Shown: one piece after another, positions 1 through 14,358 of the stretch | Layout: every line of letters starts with the position of its first letter | Numbering within the stretch: the first letter of the stretch is position 1 | From: Spironucleus salmonicida | Lineage: Eukaryota | NCBI RefSeq assembly: GCF_000497125.1 | Contig: NC_090599.1 | Location: 1,612,001 to 1,676,000, forward strand | Length of the DNA: 64,000 bases | Direction: 5' to 3' | Translations under genes and position numbers: made by a program | The notes under the pieces: model-generated | What the model saw: the letters and a program-made list of their open reading frames with translations, nothing else | Database searches by the model: none | What the model was told of the DNA's origin: nothing

Positions 1-2
1 TT

Positions 3-3000
3 TCTAATGTTATTCACACATATATCCACAAATCCTTTTAAGTAAATGACACAGCTCTTAATTACTTGGCATCTGCTATTATTGATTTATTTGAAGAATT
101 AGATTCTGATCTTGATGGATTCGTCACATGGTAAGATTTTATTGGTTATTATTCAGAAACGTCATCACAGAGTATTTAATCAAAAGATAAGGCATCAAAT
201 GTAGCAACAATTTTTAAGTCCATTCAAGGCTAGTCATCTGCAAATTCTGGGAAAACTGGTAAAATTATTATCGATCCAGTATTCCCAAATAATGGAGAAT
301 TCACAGATTTGCAAGGAACTTGCATTAAATCATTTAATATATATAACGAAACCTATTTTTTGACAACTGAAAGCGGTGTTTACTCATGCGACCAATAATT
401 CTTATTTCCAAAATTAATATTTGAACCAACTATTGCCAATTTAGTAGGGCATAAACTCGAAAAAGATATCAAAGTTGATCCACGATTAAAAGAAAAAAGA
501 GAGAAGGAGGCGTTCTTAAAACTTTAAAAACTTGGCATATAAATTAAAAACAAAAAGAAGGAATAAACTATTGATGAAAAAATTGATATTTAATAATACC
601 TAAGGGGAGTAACAGCTCACTAGTTGTCTTAAAATTCGTCTATTTAGTGTTGTTTGGTACTTAGACCATTACCTCTAATGGCGGTGTGTTGTGATTATCC
701 TGTGCTAATTTTAGTTTAACTATAAGGAACATTAGGATTTACTGAACCAATTCCATTAACTAGTAAAGCAGTATCAATGTTTTTCGACAACGAGTCAATG
801 AAATTATATTTAGGTCATGATAATGGTATTATAAGTTTCTATGATATTAAAAAACGCGAAATCCAACCAGATAACACCATTACAACCCCAGATAATATTA
901 AAACTATTTTAAATGGAAGAAATGTTGAAACCCTAACCCGATAAGAATTATTGACCTTGTATCCAGACCTAAAATCATGTGTAGTAGATATAGCAGACGA
1001 TAATAATTAAGGTTTACAAAGTTCTATTGAGGCTGCTCGTTTAAAATAGAAAATGGCGGTATAGAGTATCCTTAAACTAACAGCAAATGATATGTAGATA
1101 ACTGATTTAATAACAGAGAAAATTTTTGATGCTAATTAATCAACAATGAAGACACATTTTATTAAATAGATCGATATAATAAAAGAGGACCCGCAAGCAT
1201 TTTTGGAGGTAGCAGGATAGCCTGGACCTCTATAAAGAGCAGTAAAGGAGTTAAAGCATGGAGGAGTATAGATTTAAATGCAATGTGAATTTATTGACTC
1301 AAAGTATGCTGTGTAAGGGGCTGTACGTCATTTATCAGGCGGCAGAGGAAATTGGGAAAGATTAGATGAAACAACAAATATTTTACGTGTTGTAGCATGT
1401 GGTAATGATGGCTCTGTTATTATTTTTGATGAAGAAATTGATGTCATCGCTTCTTTTCCAGAGCTTCATCCTGAAGGTGTTGTTGGAATACATGTGTTTA
1501 ATGATTTGATCACTTCTGTTGGATATAATGACGTTTATTAAATCAGTAGAGAGGCTATAAATTCAGCTTATATGGGATAAATCATATCAGTTGACAATAA
1601 ATAGTTGGATTTATCCGCTGAGTCAACTAAAGTTAAATCTAAACAGTAGAAGGTTAAGCATACTGATTAAAACGAATTGATAAAAGGAGATTTAATGAAA
1701 TCGAAGCATTTAATAAATTTAATTCAACCACCTAGACCAGGCAGACCAATTCTGACATCATTTATATTGGGTAATACAATTGGTGTAATTGATCATTAAA
1801 ATTATTTGACACTATTTCATGCGGAGACTGGAGCACATCTAACAAGGGCTTCTATGTCTATACCTAACCTTTTAAGCCTGCGATTTGGAGTGCCCACATA
1901 TCATTATTCTAAAGATACAGGTTTTATTTTAGCAGGGAAGTTTATATATACAATGAAGGCTATTCCAAACGAAACAGTGTAAGATGAATAGGCTATATGG
2001 AATGTTTTGAAATAATAAGAAGACGAAGAATTAAAATAGTTAGGATTATACGTGGATAAGGAGTAATAAGGTAGTCAGTAATATTAAATCCCTCTAGGTA
2101 GTATAAGTAAAAGCGTATTAGATTTCTGTTTTAATTCAGCTACGAATGAAATTGCTTTGATTACTGGAGACTATGAAATAACATTTTATGATGTACATGA
2201 AGGAAAACCTAGCAGAACTATTGATATATTGTCTTTAATTCCAGATTCTTAGGATGATATGTCAGGAAAATATATATCTGAATATTAATCTTTAGAGACA
2301 GGAGATATTTCTAATTAGTTTTAAGAAACTCATTTAGAAAAGTAACCAAAGGTAGAATAGTAACCAACGGGAAATTCTAAATGGAGGAATGTAAAGTCTT
2401 CAATCCCTAAAGTACTTAATTAAATTGATTCTATTAGGTCTAAGAATAAGGATAATATTATAGGTCTTCTTGGAACTAAAATATTAAATCTCGCTATTGA
2501 CGCAAAAGGTCGTGTATTGTATGTAATAGGAACATCTGGAATAGTAACCTTATACTGGACGACAGCTCAACTTTTTGATATGACCAATATTGGTATTTTA
2601 GGCAGAAAAGAAGAATCTGAAAGAAATTAGACTGCCATTGATGATCCTTTTTAAAATTAAGAAGTTCCTAATATTTCAATTTAGACTCATCTAAGGTTGG
2701 CGAATAAAAATGTTATCTAGAATAATAATAGTTACTCACTTAAAATTGATTTTGGGAAAATTGAGATAAATAATGACAATAAGAAACTTATTTCTACATA
2801 ATTAATAGATAATATCTAAAGACAATAATTTTCTGTAATTGACAATAACAAACAAAATCTTTTTATCGTTGATTCGTTAAATCCTAACTTAGTTATTGCT
2901 ATATCAACATCGACATCATCAAATTTTATGAATGCCCCTATCAATAGTAGAGTTATTAGTATCATTGAAACTCTTCCGTCTGCTAGTGAGATTGAACCTT

Positions 3001-5390
3001 TATAGAAGTTCAGATCTAATCTTTTATCAATATTTTCATAAAACTAAGTAATTAATGGAAGTACTGAATTTACAATTGTATATAAGAAATTTTTAAAGTA
3101 TATACCCACATTTTTGATAAATAAGGCGGATCTACTGGCAAAGAAAATTGATTTCCCACATTCAAATTCTTATTTTAGATAAGTTTTATCAGCCTTAGTT
3201 AAAAAGTATAAATTTACAGGCGAAGCTTATATAACAGCTATTACAGTGTCTATTGAATAACAACTTATGGCTATCGGTATGTCAGATGGGAGAATTATCA
3301 TAATTGACTCTTCTACTCAAAAATTTATTAAACAATGCACAATTTTTTAACCTTTTGTCCATATTATGCCCTAAGTTACTATGGTAAAATTCCTTGGTAA
3401 TTATCCTTTAATATTTTCTGCAAACTCTTCTGGCGATTGTTTCATTCATACAATCAGACCATTCATCCCATCTTGTTTGCTTATTTGTTGTTGGAAGCAT
3501 GCGAATTACAATCCCCTGCCATATCCATTAGACTAGAATTTCTGTTAACAGTTTATGTTGGAACAATAACATATATAATCCCAAATTGAGACATCTTTAC
3601 TTTCGTATAGAGAGCTTTCACAAGATAATGACATACGAAAAGACGTTTATAGATTCCTTTTTTATAGACTAATTCCTGACGCACGATATTGGATAGTTTT
3701 TCAGGGCGAAGATGATAATCCTGATGTTGAAAAACGTATTAGGGCAAAATAGCAATTAGAAACAGATAATTCAAATTAACAGTAACAAATATTTGAAGAT
3801 ATAGATGCATAATTAACACAAAACTGTTATTCTTCAAGGCATTAGTTCTTAAATTTGAAGTAATAGCTTGGGTCAGAGTAAAAAAATATATCAAATCATT
3901 TACATCCGGATATAGCCCAATAAGAATAGGAAGAAATAAAAACTAAATTTACACTTGTTGCACATTAAATTCGTGAGATAATTGGCGTACAGTAGCACAC
4001 ATCTACGAATGCTTCAAAAATGTTTTCATCAATTCAGTTCTCTTCAAATAGTAGTAAAAAATAAAAAATTTAGTCAAAAATTCGAGCTGTTATTACTGCA
4101 ATGCAAGTGTGTGGGAGTTCTTTTAGAAGCTTTTTGGAAGTAAAAAATGAGATTAAAGTAGTCTATCAATTTCCAATTAAGGAGAAGGAGGTCACTATTC
4201 ATGATATATTAAAATAGAAAACATTTAGACGAGGAGGTAAGAAATTAGATATCAGTAGCAAGACTAAGAAGCTGATTTAGGACTATTAAAAGAGTCGTTT
4301 CAACACAAAAAGTGAACAGGAGGAGATATCTATGATTCGTTGTTCGACGCCTAGAACAAATATAGAACTTAATTAAGAGGCTTAGGGCATTATTTAGCGA
4401 CGAATTAACATAGGGAAACTGAATTAGAGCGTTGTAATTCCAGTACGCAAAACATCCCTAGATTGCTTAAAAATCAGTATCGTGCCTACTTCAGTTATGT
4501 ATGTTGATGATACGAAAACTTTGATTCTTGGTGATGAAACTGGATTTATTACGTCTTACGATGTTAGTTCTATTATTAAATAGCTTAGCATATAACATGT
4601 ATAGTAAAAGAAGAAATATGTTGAAATTGTTCCTAATGCACCTAAAGAAGAGTAGATTTCTGGGTTGATTGAGTAAAATCTGCCTGAAAAATTTACCATT
4701 AATTTTACTGAAATTTAATAGAAGCCATTGTTGCTATCTAGTAATAATATCAAATTGAATTATTCTTTCAGATCACATCTAGGATCGATTTAATAAATTT
4801 AACATTTAATATCAACAGACTTATTTATTACTTTCGGAGCTGATCGCAGAATGCTTTGCTGGAATTATAAAACGGGTGTTCTTTTCGGTATGGCCTAGAG
4901 AGTTAAGCTAGAAAATCCACCCGAAGAGTGGCATAAGGCATTTTAAACTCCAATTACCGATGTATATAAACTAGTTTAAGTTAAAGAGTCGAAAAATGAT
5001 GATTTAACGTCCATTTCGCTTCTACCTCCACCGTTCAGAATCGAATTTCCACCATCCGCAGCCTATACATGGAATGCTAAACCGGCAGAAATAAGTTAGA
5101 ACTCTTAAGACTTCATTAAAGCTGGAGTTAAAACTAGTGTAAAATTCGACCAACCTTTCAACCATACGAAGAAACTTTTAATACAAAAACAACCAGTTCC
5201 TACAGCAGATTTAGATTCTGCTACAACTCTACTAAAAACCACAGGGTTAACACCAGAAAGAGTTTACAAGAATCGCAACAGTTGGACTGTACGTGCAATG
5301 CTCGCAAGAGCAACGCGGGGTCGTGTGGATAGCTCATTGATGGACGAGGCTTAGATGATGGGTTCTTTCGTAGGTGATGATAAACAGTGA
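3..5390 (+). CDS. Large EF-hand plus WD40-like protein, 5'-truncated by window edge (>1795 aa); WDR49/EFCAB8-like architecture
   Basis: With TAR=Gln the frame from base 3 is in register with TGA at 5388-5390 (CAGTGA). EF-hand LFEELDSDLDGFVTWQDF near 88-140. WD-like repeat SHLGSIQQIQHLISTDLFITFGADRRMLCWNY near 4770-4870. Confidence 0.75.
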
Positions 5391-5394
5391 TTTT

Positions 5395-5949
5395 TCACTC
5401 CAAGTTTTATATATTCTTAATATCTTCAATAATTGAAATCAGCTGGATATCCAGCTCCTACAGCTATTTTTAATGAAGTTGCTAACTTTCGTGGAACTCG
5501 CGGAATTATTCATTTTTCCCTTTAACTCCTCGGAGCTGCATTGCAATTTCGTCATGCAGTTTCTTTATCGTTCCTATGTAACTCTATATTTAGACCACCG
5601 CTTATCCTTCTACAAGTTCGGTGATTTTGTCCGCGAGCAGTTAGTTTTCTGTTTCTAATTCATTGGATTACAGTGTTATTGTATTGAGCTCGTTTTCTGT
5701 TAAGATAATCCGCTAGAAAATGTCATTAAATACAGCTTCCTATTATCCTGTAAATTCATCAAAAACTTATTGCACTATTTTTTCAAGAAGGACCTGTGTT
5801 ATCGGTTTAATGGTGATATTTGCTGGTACAGGTGATTATAATTGGTTGTTTTCAGAGTCTAAAATCTTAATATTTTGAGATTCTGCAGCTTTTATTTTAT
5901 CCGGTTCATCCTCATCGATAAAAATGATATCTTCGAGTTATTCATTCAT
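5395..5949 (-). CDS. Hypothetical coiled-coil protein, 184 aa
   Basis: MNEQLEDIIFIDED...IEDIKNIQNLE*. Open under TAR=Gln and ends in GAGTGA. Confidence 0.75.
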
Positions 5950-5981
5950 TTAAAATAATATGTAATATAGATGTAAAATAT

Positions 5982-6395
5982 TCACTAGTTGGGTTGACTC
6001 AATTATTTTTCATACTAAGACCAATAAAAATCTAAATCTTTAAACATATAACTATTATGCGGATTAAAATACTGTGTTTCCATTAAATCATTACTTGCAC
6101 GATGTTTGATGGCATTTATTTCATCTAAATAGCAGTCGAATCTTGACATAATTTTTTAAGAATGCTTATTTAGATCATATAAGCTATCTTATACATTATT
6201 TATCAGCTACTAGTTTTACTTTAGGAGTTACAGAGTGTTTGAAAACTATTGCTCTAAGTTTTAGTTTAAGAGATTGAGTTTAATCAAATCTTTTGTACTA
6301 TACAACTTCTTTTTAATCTACTCTCGAAGTTTTATTTGCTACTAGGTGCATTCTACTGTTTCTTATAGTGAACACTTTGTAACTATTAAAGGCAT
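5982..6395 (-). CDS. Hypothetical protein, 137 aa
   Basis: MPLIVTKCSLQETVECTQQQIKLREQ...DLDFYWSQYEKQLSQPNQ*. Ends in TAGTGA. Confidence 0.65.
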
Positions 6396-6444
6396 TCTTA
6401 GAATAATGGCTATATTATATTCCGATATTATATTTTGAAATTTA

Positions 6445-6837
6445 ATGAAAACCTAATAATTTAACGAAAACAGTTAAGATACTCTTACAATTTAACATCT
6501 TAATCCAACTATAGGAAGAAAAAATTTAAAAACTTTAGCAGATCAACTTTATGAATCTAAAGCAGAAGAATATTAAAATAAAAATAAAATAGAAAATTTA
6601 CAATAATAGATAACCGATCTTAAAGACCATGTAAAAATGCTTACACATATAAATATTAACTAGCAAAAATCAATAGACTAAATTTCATAATTAAGAACGG
6701 AAAAGTCATTTTGGTAAGATTTGGCTCTGAGTTAGTAAAAAATAATTGATGACACAAAAGCAGAGAATTTAGTTTCTGAAAACATGAAATTAAAATTTTA
6801 TATTTAAAAGCTATTAAATAACAAATAACAAGATTGA
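6445..6837 (+). CDS. Hypothetical coiled-coil protein, 130 aa
   Basis: MKTQQFNENSQD...KIENLQQQITDLKDHVKML...QQD*. Divergent from the previous gene across 49 bp. Confidence 0.65.
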
Positions 6838-6894
6838 TGTTCATTTTTAGTTCTCATTATATACTTATATATATTTAAAAAGCATAATTCTAAA

Positions 6895-7500
6895 ATGTCC
6901 AAAAATTTGTATTATGATTAATAGCACTAAGAGATGCTTCATACATATCAGTGCTATAAATCCAGTCTATCCAGTATTGATTTATTTTATGCAGATTTAT
7001 GGATTGAAAAACTTAAGGAGAAATAGTCAACATTAGTTTGGACTAAAAATAGAAATGTTTTACTATTAGCACTGATAGATATGGTCCTATAAAATTAATT
7101 AAATGTGCCATTTAAGTCTAGACCAAACTCTGGTCCACTATAAAATTTACTCGATGGAGCATAAAGATGTTTTTATGGTACTCGCACACTATAGTAATTA
7201 ATCTCACTTAGAAATGGAGTCATCGGCCAAAAAAGATATAGAGTTGATAAATTTGCGATTCGGAAGCAAGAATTTTCAATTAATTAGATTTAAGATACTA
7301 ATTTTGATTAAAGTAATTAACTATTTGACTAAAAATAATCAAATAATTATAAAAAATATGACTAGTCAAATATTGACGATTTATAATTATAATGTTAGTA
7401 GAAAGATATAATTATTAAAGAGCTATAAACTTAACTGCTATAATAAAAAATAGACATATAGGCTCTTTATGAACATATGAAAACAAATATTGTTGAGTGA
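6895..7500 (+). CDS. DUF4485-like (CEP112 N-terminal-like) domain protein, 201 aa
   Basis: LWIEKL...KNRNVLLLALIDMV...PFKSRPNSGPL matches the remembered DUF4485 pattern W-x-x-KL...NRN...PF...P..GPL. Ends in GAGTGA. Confidence 0.6.
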
Positions 7501-7507
7501 AATTTTA

Positions 7508-9658
7508 TCATTCTAGGCCCATGATTACTTTTTACATTATTCTTAATACATCCTCTTGGGCCTAATCAAGACCACTTGGTATATTTGCCGTGCTTTTTTG
7601 TACAACTTATGCTACAAATTAAACTATTTTAGAAACTAATTCTTTATTTTCAATATTATTTTGAATTTTATTAGCATATATCTTATTCTAAGCATCCGAA
7701 CCTGTTAATTTTTCTTGTAGATTGCTGAGTAAACTCTATTAATCTTCAATTTATTGCTTTTAAATCGAAATATTGCTGTTTTGCTCCTTTATAATTTTTT
7801 ATAAATTTTCGTTTCTAGTATTGCTTTCATGAAGCTTTAACTCATTTTCACTACTCTTCTTTTGCGCTAATAACACACTAAATATTAAAGATTCTAATTC
7901 TTCCAAAAGTGATAAAAGAGTAAATTCTGTTGGAGTTTGATAGTTAACATTAATAAGTTTCAATAGTGTTATAAGTTAAGGTACACTTTATTGCTGATTA
8001 TTCTGCAGTTTCTCTATCTAAAATTCTTAATGTGATAAAAATTACCCAAGTTCTTAAAAATTGCATTATACATCTGCACTTAACTTTTAAGCATCTAGTT
8101 ATATTTATTTCAGGTCAAAATTATTTCCATAGAATTAGCTCAATATATTTTTGTATTATTGAATTTCAATATTAAGTTAACTAATATTGGTCTTTACTTA
8201 TATTTCCTATTTTTTATCTTAAATTCTCTTACAGTTAATTTCACTTTTGTTTAACTTTTCTTATAAATCCTGAATTTTGAATGTAAGTTCATTCACTTAT
8301 ACTGAAAATTATTCTTTAATGCCACTCTCATCTATATTAGCTACTGATTCTTATACTATCTATACTTATGATTTATATGTAAGATTTTAAATATTTAAAT
8401 TTTTATTTTAGTCTATTAAGCTAAAGATACATTCTTCTAACGAATAATTTTACGGAAATTAACATAAAAGTAACTTATTTTGTAAATTATTGATAATTTT
8501 TTCATTTTTCTTAGAATCTTTAGAAAGATCGTCATAAAGTTGCTATAATCTGAACGACTTTGTAGTTTCTTATGCCAATTACTATTTTAAGGTAAGCATA
8601 TTTTCTTACAAATCACACATATCTAGTATCGATGTGAACTGAGATCCTTTTGGATATGCTATTGATTTTCCTAAGATAGGCCGAGAATCATTAATCGTAC
8701 CAGTTAGATTTGATTAACGTAAAACGCCTTAACACTAAATATTACGTAATAATTCAAGTGCTCTCATGTTGCCTTATTACTCTGCTATAGTAAATATATT
8801 TGAACTCAAATCAAAATCTTAAAAATTCGATATTAATTTTAGCTCTACCTCTTTTGTGTATAAAATAGATATAAATTCATTATATCCCTTGATAATTGCA
8901 ATTATAAGAGCAGTAACTCCAAAGTTGGTTTGATTTCCAGCTTAATAACTTGCTAATAAACTAGCTGCCTTAAGATTTCTTTTATCAACAGCAAGCATTA
9001 AAGCTGTAGTATTTTGACCATATTTAGATTTAAAGTTATTATCCAGTCTATGCGACTAACATTCAATTATGAATTAAATGTAATTTAAGTTATTTGATTC
9101 TACTGCTAAATGTAATGGTGTTTTCCCGTAATTATCAGATGTAAAATTGACAAATTACTAATAGAATAAATCATTAATAGGCTAAGTGTTTAATACTGCA
9201 TAGTGAAGTGGAGTCCTCCCTTATGAGTCTGCGATTCCATCAACAGGGGAAATATGATAGAATGATTTAAAATGTGCATCTGTCCAAAGAGATGTATGAG
9301 CCTCACATTCTAATATCTATACTGATTCAATAAATCCTTTAGAAGCTGCTATTTACAAAGCCGAAACATTTTTCAGATTATTGAATTAAATAGCGACATT
9401 ATTGGACTCTTATAATAATACTTATATAAGCTTTGTATGATTTTTAGCTGCTGCAAACATTAAAGCAGTTCTATTATATGAATCACGTATACCAATTTCT
9501 CTTTACAATAGTTTTACTCCAGGTACGCTACCTTAATATGTAGCGTGCATAAGAGCAGTTCTGGATGTTTATGGTGATTATGACCTTATGAATTACTATA
9601 TATTTCTGGTTATATATTGTATATCTCCTTTTTAAGCAGCAGCGAACCATTAGATCAT
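7508..9658 (-). CDS. Ankyrin-repeat protein with coiled-coil C-terminus (diplomonad Protein 21.1 type), 716 aa
   Basis: MIQWFAAAQKGDIQYI..., repeated TALMHA / TALMFAA / TPLHYA / TPLHLA / TALMLA ankyrin motifs, Q/E/K-rich tail. Confidence 0.85.
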
Positions 9659-9708
9659 TTTTGGAAAATTTGATAAAATATAATATATACTATATAATAC
9701 CATATTAT

Positions 9709-11460
9709 TCATTCTAATTTTTCATAGTATGATTTGGTAACAGGGTCATAAAATAGACCAAATGCCACTGGATCTGCTAATATACCCTCCTCTGCGGGAT
9801 CTGGTATAAGATTCTATTATTCTGGATTATCGCCAAATTCAGGATCAGGAATATTATCCTGAGTTATATCTTTAGTTTATTACTTAGGTGTATATTCTAC
9901 ACTGCGGCAAGTATCATTATATTCCTCAATATCATCCTATGGTTAATATTATGCTGAATTCGTTTCATTTTCTTATACTTCTTCTTAATAAAGTTATTAC
10001 TGCTATTCACAATACGGATTTTCTTAATCATCATTAATCTCTTCTTAATGAATTTCCTCTTATGGTTAATCATCATTTTCATAAATCTCTTCTTCTTTTA
10101 CTAGTTTTTCAATCTTTTTTACTTCTTTGTAATAACCACTAACCGCAGAATTTACTCTTTTAACCGGGGTTAAACTTTTACCATCGTTTTTATCTGAACA
10201 TTAGCCACAATTAAACTCAACTGGAACAGCAGAAATAGTTAGATCAACATCTTGAGCACAATAATCACTATCTGTTGATTTTAGAACAGCAGGAGGTTTA
10301 TTTTTGTTAAGTTTTACTAAATTTTACTATATTCGTTACTCTTTATCTTTGGTAAAATCAGTCTCTAAATTTCTTTTATCAATAGCAGCTGCTTACGATA
10401 TGGCAGCATGATATAATTATTATGAATCATTTTTCTTTAGCTCTTCCATTACAGCCTAAACGGCTGAAACTTATGGTATTTTAGTTTTTTATTAAGGGGT
10501 CGACTTAGCAACTACTTATTTAGGTGTAACATAGGTTTTGACAGGAGTCCTATTTTTTTCCGGTGTCTATGGTCTGTAGTTCTTATAGATTTCCTCAACC
10601 TCTTATTTTCCAGGCGCCCTCCCAACGTTACTTTATTGCATCTTCGTTATTCTATGATCCTACTCCTCCTCAAGCCCGAAATTATTAAATCCTGGCAGAA
10701 AATTTTCTCTAGCCTATACAATTCCACTCTAATCTCTGACGGATATATCACTATTTACTTTACCTTCCTTAAACAAACTGATGTAAAAAATATCTACAAT
10801 CTGAACATGAATAGGCATCGGCGTTGAAAGTTTTTCTGACAATATTTCATGACATCGTTTACTAAATTAAGGGAGTGGCATTTTTGGGTTTCTTGCACAC
10901 TCGATTTCGTCTTACTAGCAGAAGAGCTCAATTGTTGGCAGTGGACAGGTTTTAAGAGAAAAAACACGTAATAAAGTACAATAGGGCGATATTTCTAAAC
11001 TATGAAGTGATGAAAATTCCTATTGTGGAAATAACGACCTAGTTAGTTCGTGGAGATCTAACACTAACATGGACCAGGTGCCTGCTACCATATGTAATGG
11101 TACACGAGCAAGTAAATTCGCTGATTTCACCACTTTAACAGACGTGGAAAATGTTATGCGCATCTTAGATTTCGAAGCAGAAAAAAGTGTAATATGAAGC
11201 GAAAGAGGTTGATCTTTAGGTAAGAACATTTACATTGCCAAATAAGACTAAGTTATTCCTAATGGGAGTTTCTCTGGAATTGGCGGACATTTAATTGTAT
11301 TTAAGTGATTTCCAGTAATATCAATTACATAAGTTTTCATCTCTTTATTATATAATCTATTAGCTGAAGCTTTTTTAACATCCCATATATCCATTGGTTT
11401 CGATCCTTTTGCCTCTAGTAGCATAATATGCGAGCCGCCCTAAAAAGCTTCTTTGAACAT
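9709..11460 (-). CDS. CFAP20DC: CFAP20-domain protein (C3orf67/CFAP20DC-like), 583 aa
   Basis: N-terminus MFKEAFQGGSHIMLLEAKGSKPMDIW...LGITQSYLAMQMFLP...GTWSMLVLDL...CTLLRVFSLK (DUF667/CFA20 pattern), low-complexity middle, and C-terminal FYDPVTKSYYE resembling the C3orf67 tail. Confidence 0.8.
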
Positions 11461-12358
11461 TTAAATTTCTGAATACTATTCTTTAATACATATATTATTA
11501 TTATTATTATTATTTATAATAAGGATTGCCTAAGTGAACTAGCATTCTGTGATAAAATATTATATAATAGATAAATTTACTCAATATAAATGATTATAGT
11601 ATCAATTTGTTACATATTATCGGAATAAAAAAATATTTATTGAAAGTGCTACGATGATAGTATGAGTGTATTATCAATCAAATACTATTATTTTGCCCTA
11701 TACTTTAATTCATGGAATTATCATAACCTATAGCTGAGTTCTTTTATATTTATTAATATTATGAACGCAATGTTTTTTAATAAAAGAAATAGACATTATT
11801 TTAAGTAATTTACATAGAAATATTAATTGTATATATCTCATTAATAAACTAATATTAATATATAAAATTGACTATTTCTCTCAAATAATATAATAAATTT
11901 TACTTATAAGTTTTCAGTATATAAACTTTTAAAACAATAGGATCGATTATTATTAATTTATGAGATCAAATAAATTATAGGTTAATATACTCCCTTATTT
12001 AAGCAAATTATAAGTAATAAATTAAATCGAAAAAATTGAATTAATGAATCATACTTTAGAAAAGTAAAAGGATAACAATCATATGTATAACATTAAATGA
12101 ATGAAATACAATCGCTAAACTACCAATTTTGAATATATAGATATATTATATAATATTCACTCACAAATTAAACATTCAAATAATATTTCCTACCCAATTT
12201 ATATATAAATATATAATTTTTTATTTAATTGTTTTAATTAAGTTTTAAGTAATTAAGTTTTATGTAATTAATTATTCACAATATCCTATTTACAAGAATA
12301 ATTATTATTACATATATAAAGTATATTTACGAAAATATACCGCTTTAAATTTTACATA

Positions 12359-13453
12359 ATGTCAGATGAGATGATAGATCTTTAGCTTAAAGTGGTGGAT
12401 CTATAGCAATAAGTCGATATGCTAACAGAATTAAATGACGACCTAAATATCTAGTTACTTTGCCCACAAACCGACAGCGACGATGTCAGAGTCAAAGAGC
12501 TCGAAGAATAGAAGAATTCATTGTTGGCCTTGTTAGACCAAGCCCAAGCAGGTAATAACGCAAACTCCACAGATGCACAACTCGTTGAGAAACTCAGATA
12601 AGATGTACACAACATCGAACTGGAAAACGATACGCTCAGAAACGACAACAGCTTACTTTCCAAAAAGCTTGAGGAACTCATTCAGACCACCTAAAACCAC
12701 CCATAGAATTAGTCAAATCTGGAAGAGCAAGTGCTCCAATACGAGGCCATTATCGCCGAAAAGGACATGATAATCGACGAAAAGAACGGCTTTATCAACC
12801 AGCAGCAGGGAAAGCTCGACATGAACAAAGAGGATATCCAAAAGCTCAAAATTGAAGTCGAATACGCCGAGAAGTACAGAGCCCAATTCGACCAGCAGAA
12901 GGCCCAGACGCACGACGAAATCGAGCAGCATAAAGCCCAAATTGAACGCATGAAGCAGCAAATCGCCAAGCTTCTTTCGATATCGAAGAAGTAGGAGGAG
13001 CTGCAAAATCACGTGAAAATGACTAAAGACAAGCACATTCAGGAGCTCAAAATGGCCGAAATGGAGCGCCAGAAGCTGAAGGAGCATGAGAAGCTCTACA
13101 GCAAAATGCTCTCCGAGGCCTTCGCAAACTCGTCCAGAAAGGACGCGCAAATTAGAGAATTGGAGTCCCAGAAGCGCATTTCGCAGAACGAATCCGAAGA
13201 GAAAATATACCAAAAGGAGGAGCTGGTAAAGACGCTGGAGCAGTAGCTCCAGCAGCTGAGAAGGCAAAACGATGCCGTGAAGCAGGAAAATAACATTTTC
13301 AGAACGAAAGTAGAGGACCCAAAAAGCTCCGTTTCTGCTATGTTCATGGAGAAGTCTTTGGATATGAGTCACTCCAGATCCGAGTCGGCCACCTCCAGGG
13401 CTGCCTCGCAGTTGAGAGCAAGCAGCAGATGTTTAAGGAACATGCTCGAGTGA
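12359..13453 (+). CDS. Coiled-coil protein, 364 aa
   Basis: MSDEMIDLQLKVVDLQQQVDML... Joins the track ORFs 12731 and 13013 through TAG=Gln and ends in GAGTGA. Confidence 0.85.
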
Positions 13454-13458
13454 AAATA

Positions 13459-13737
13459 TCAATTTTCGTCACTAGTTACCTCGAAATGTAGTTGGTTTTT
13501 GCCGGATTAGATGGTCAAGGCGAAATCTGAGTCAGACGTAAGTTCCTTTTTTGTGTCAGATTCTAATCGCTCCTGGCTGCGTTCTTTGAACTATCTGGGC
13601 TAAACCATAATTTTTTAATTCGGAGTTGTAGGAACGCTGGATTTGCTGATGAGGTGTTTTTCGTGTTCTAACTTATTCTACTCGAAGGCTGTTTTGTTAC
13701 TGTGAGTGAGTAGGGATTGGTATAATTTTAAGCTCAT
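13459..13737 (-). CDS. Small hypothetical protein, 92 aa
   Basis: MSLKLYQSLLTHSNKTAFEQ...FEVTSDEN*. AGTGA lies just upstream of the stop. Confidence 0.55.
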
Positions 13738-13851
13738 TTTGATATGATGAAAAATCGATAGTGAAAAGGTTAGGTATATGTAATAATAATTATTTACTGA
13801 TATACAAAAATTACATAGTAGAATAAAATAATGTGATAAATAGTTAGAAAA

Positions 13852-14274
13852 TCACACATTTTCAAGTTTCTCAATTTCTACTTGTAAACCTATGATTTGC
13901 TTGTCTAAATCTTCTTCGATCTCTTTCAAACCTTCGCTTTATCTGTCTTTTCTGCATATTGCTTCCTCTAGAAAATCAAGAGAATGACATTTCATTCCAC
14001 CAAGATACATCTTTTATTCATTTTAAATTACAAGATTCTAAAAGTCAGAGCCGTTTAAATTTTCTAAAAACTTTGAGTAACTTAATTCAGCAGTCTCCTA
14101 CATAAAATTTCTCATATACCGCCTTAGTGCCTTTTGGTTGGCTCGTGGCATAGTAATTTTGCACTTTTTCAAAACAGGCGTAGTACGATAATCTGAAACA
14201 GTTGACCTAATAAGTAAATATACCAAATATTTATAGTTGCTAATAGCTGCTGATGTTGGCTAGCTAGTCTACAT
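13852..14274 (-). CDS. Hypothetical protein, 140 aa
   Basis: MQTSQPTSAAISNYKYLVYLLIRS...QIIGLQVEIEKLENV*. Confidence 0.65.
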
Positions 14275-14358
14275 TTAAATTTTAAATATATATTAATTAT
14301 AGTATATAATAGTATAATTAATATTAGCAATCTAAACAGAAACTAAAAACAACGAAGA

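Noticed and set aside
11493-11515. (TTA)n microsatellite upstream of CFAP20DC
   Set aside because: Short and expected in AT-rich promoter DNA.
12451-13372. Minus-strand hydrophobic ORFs (219 aa and others)
   Set aside because: Antisense shadows of the + strand E/K/Q-rich coiled-coil gene.
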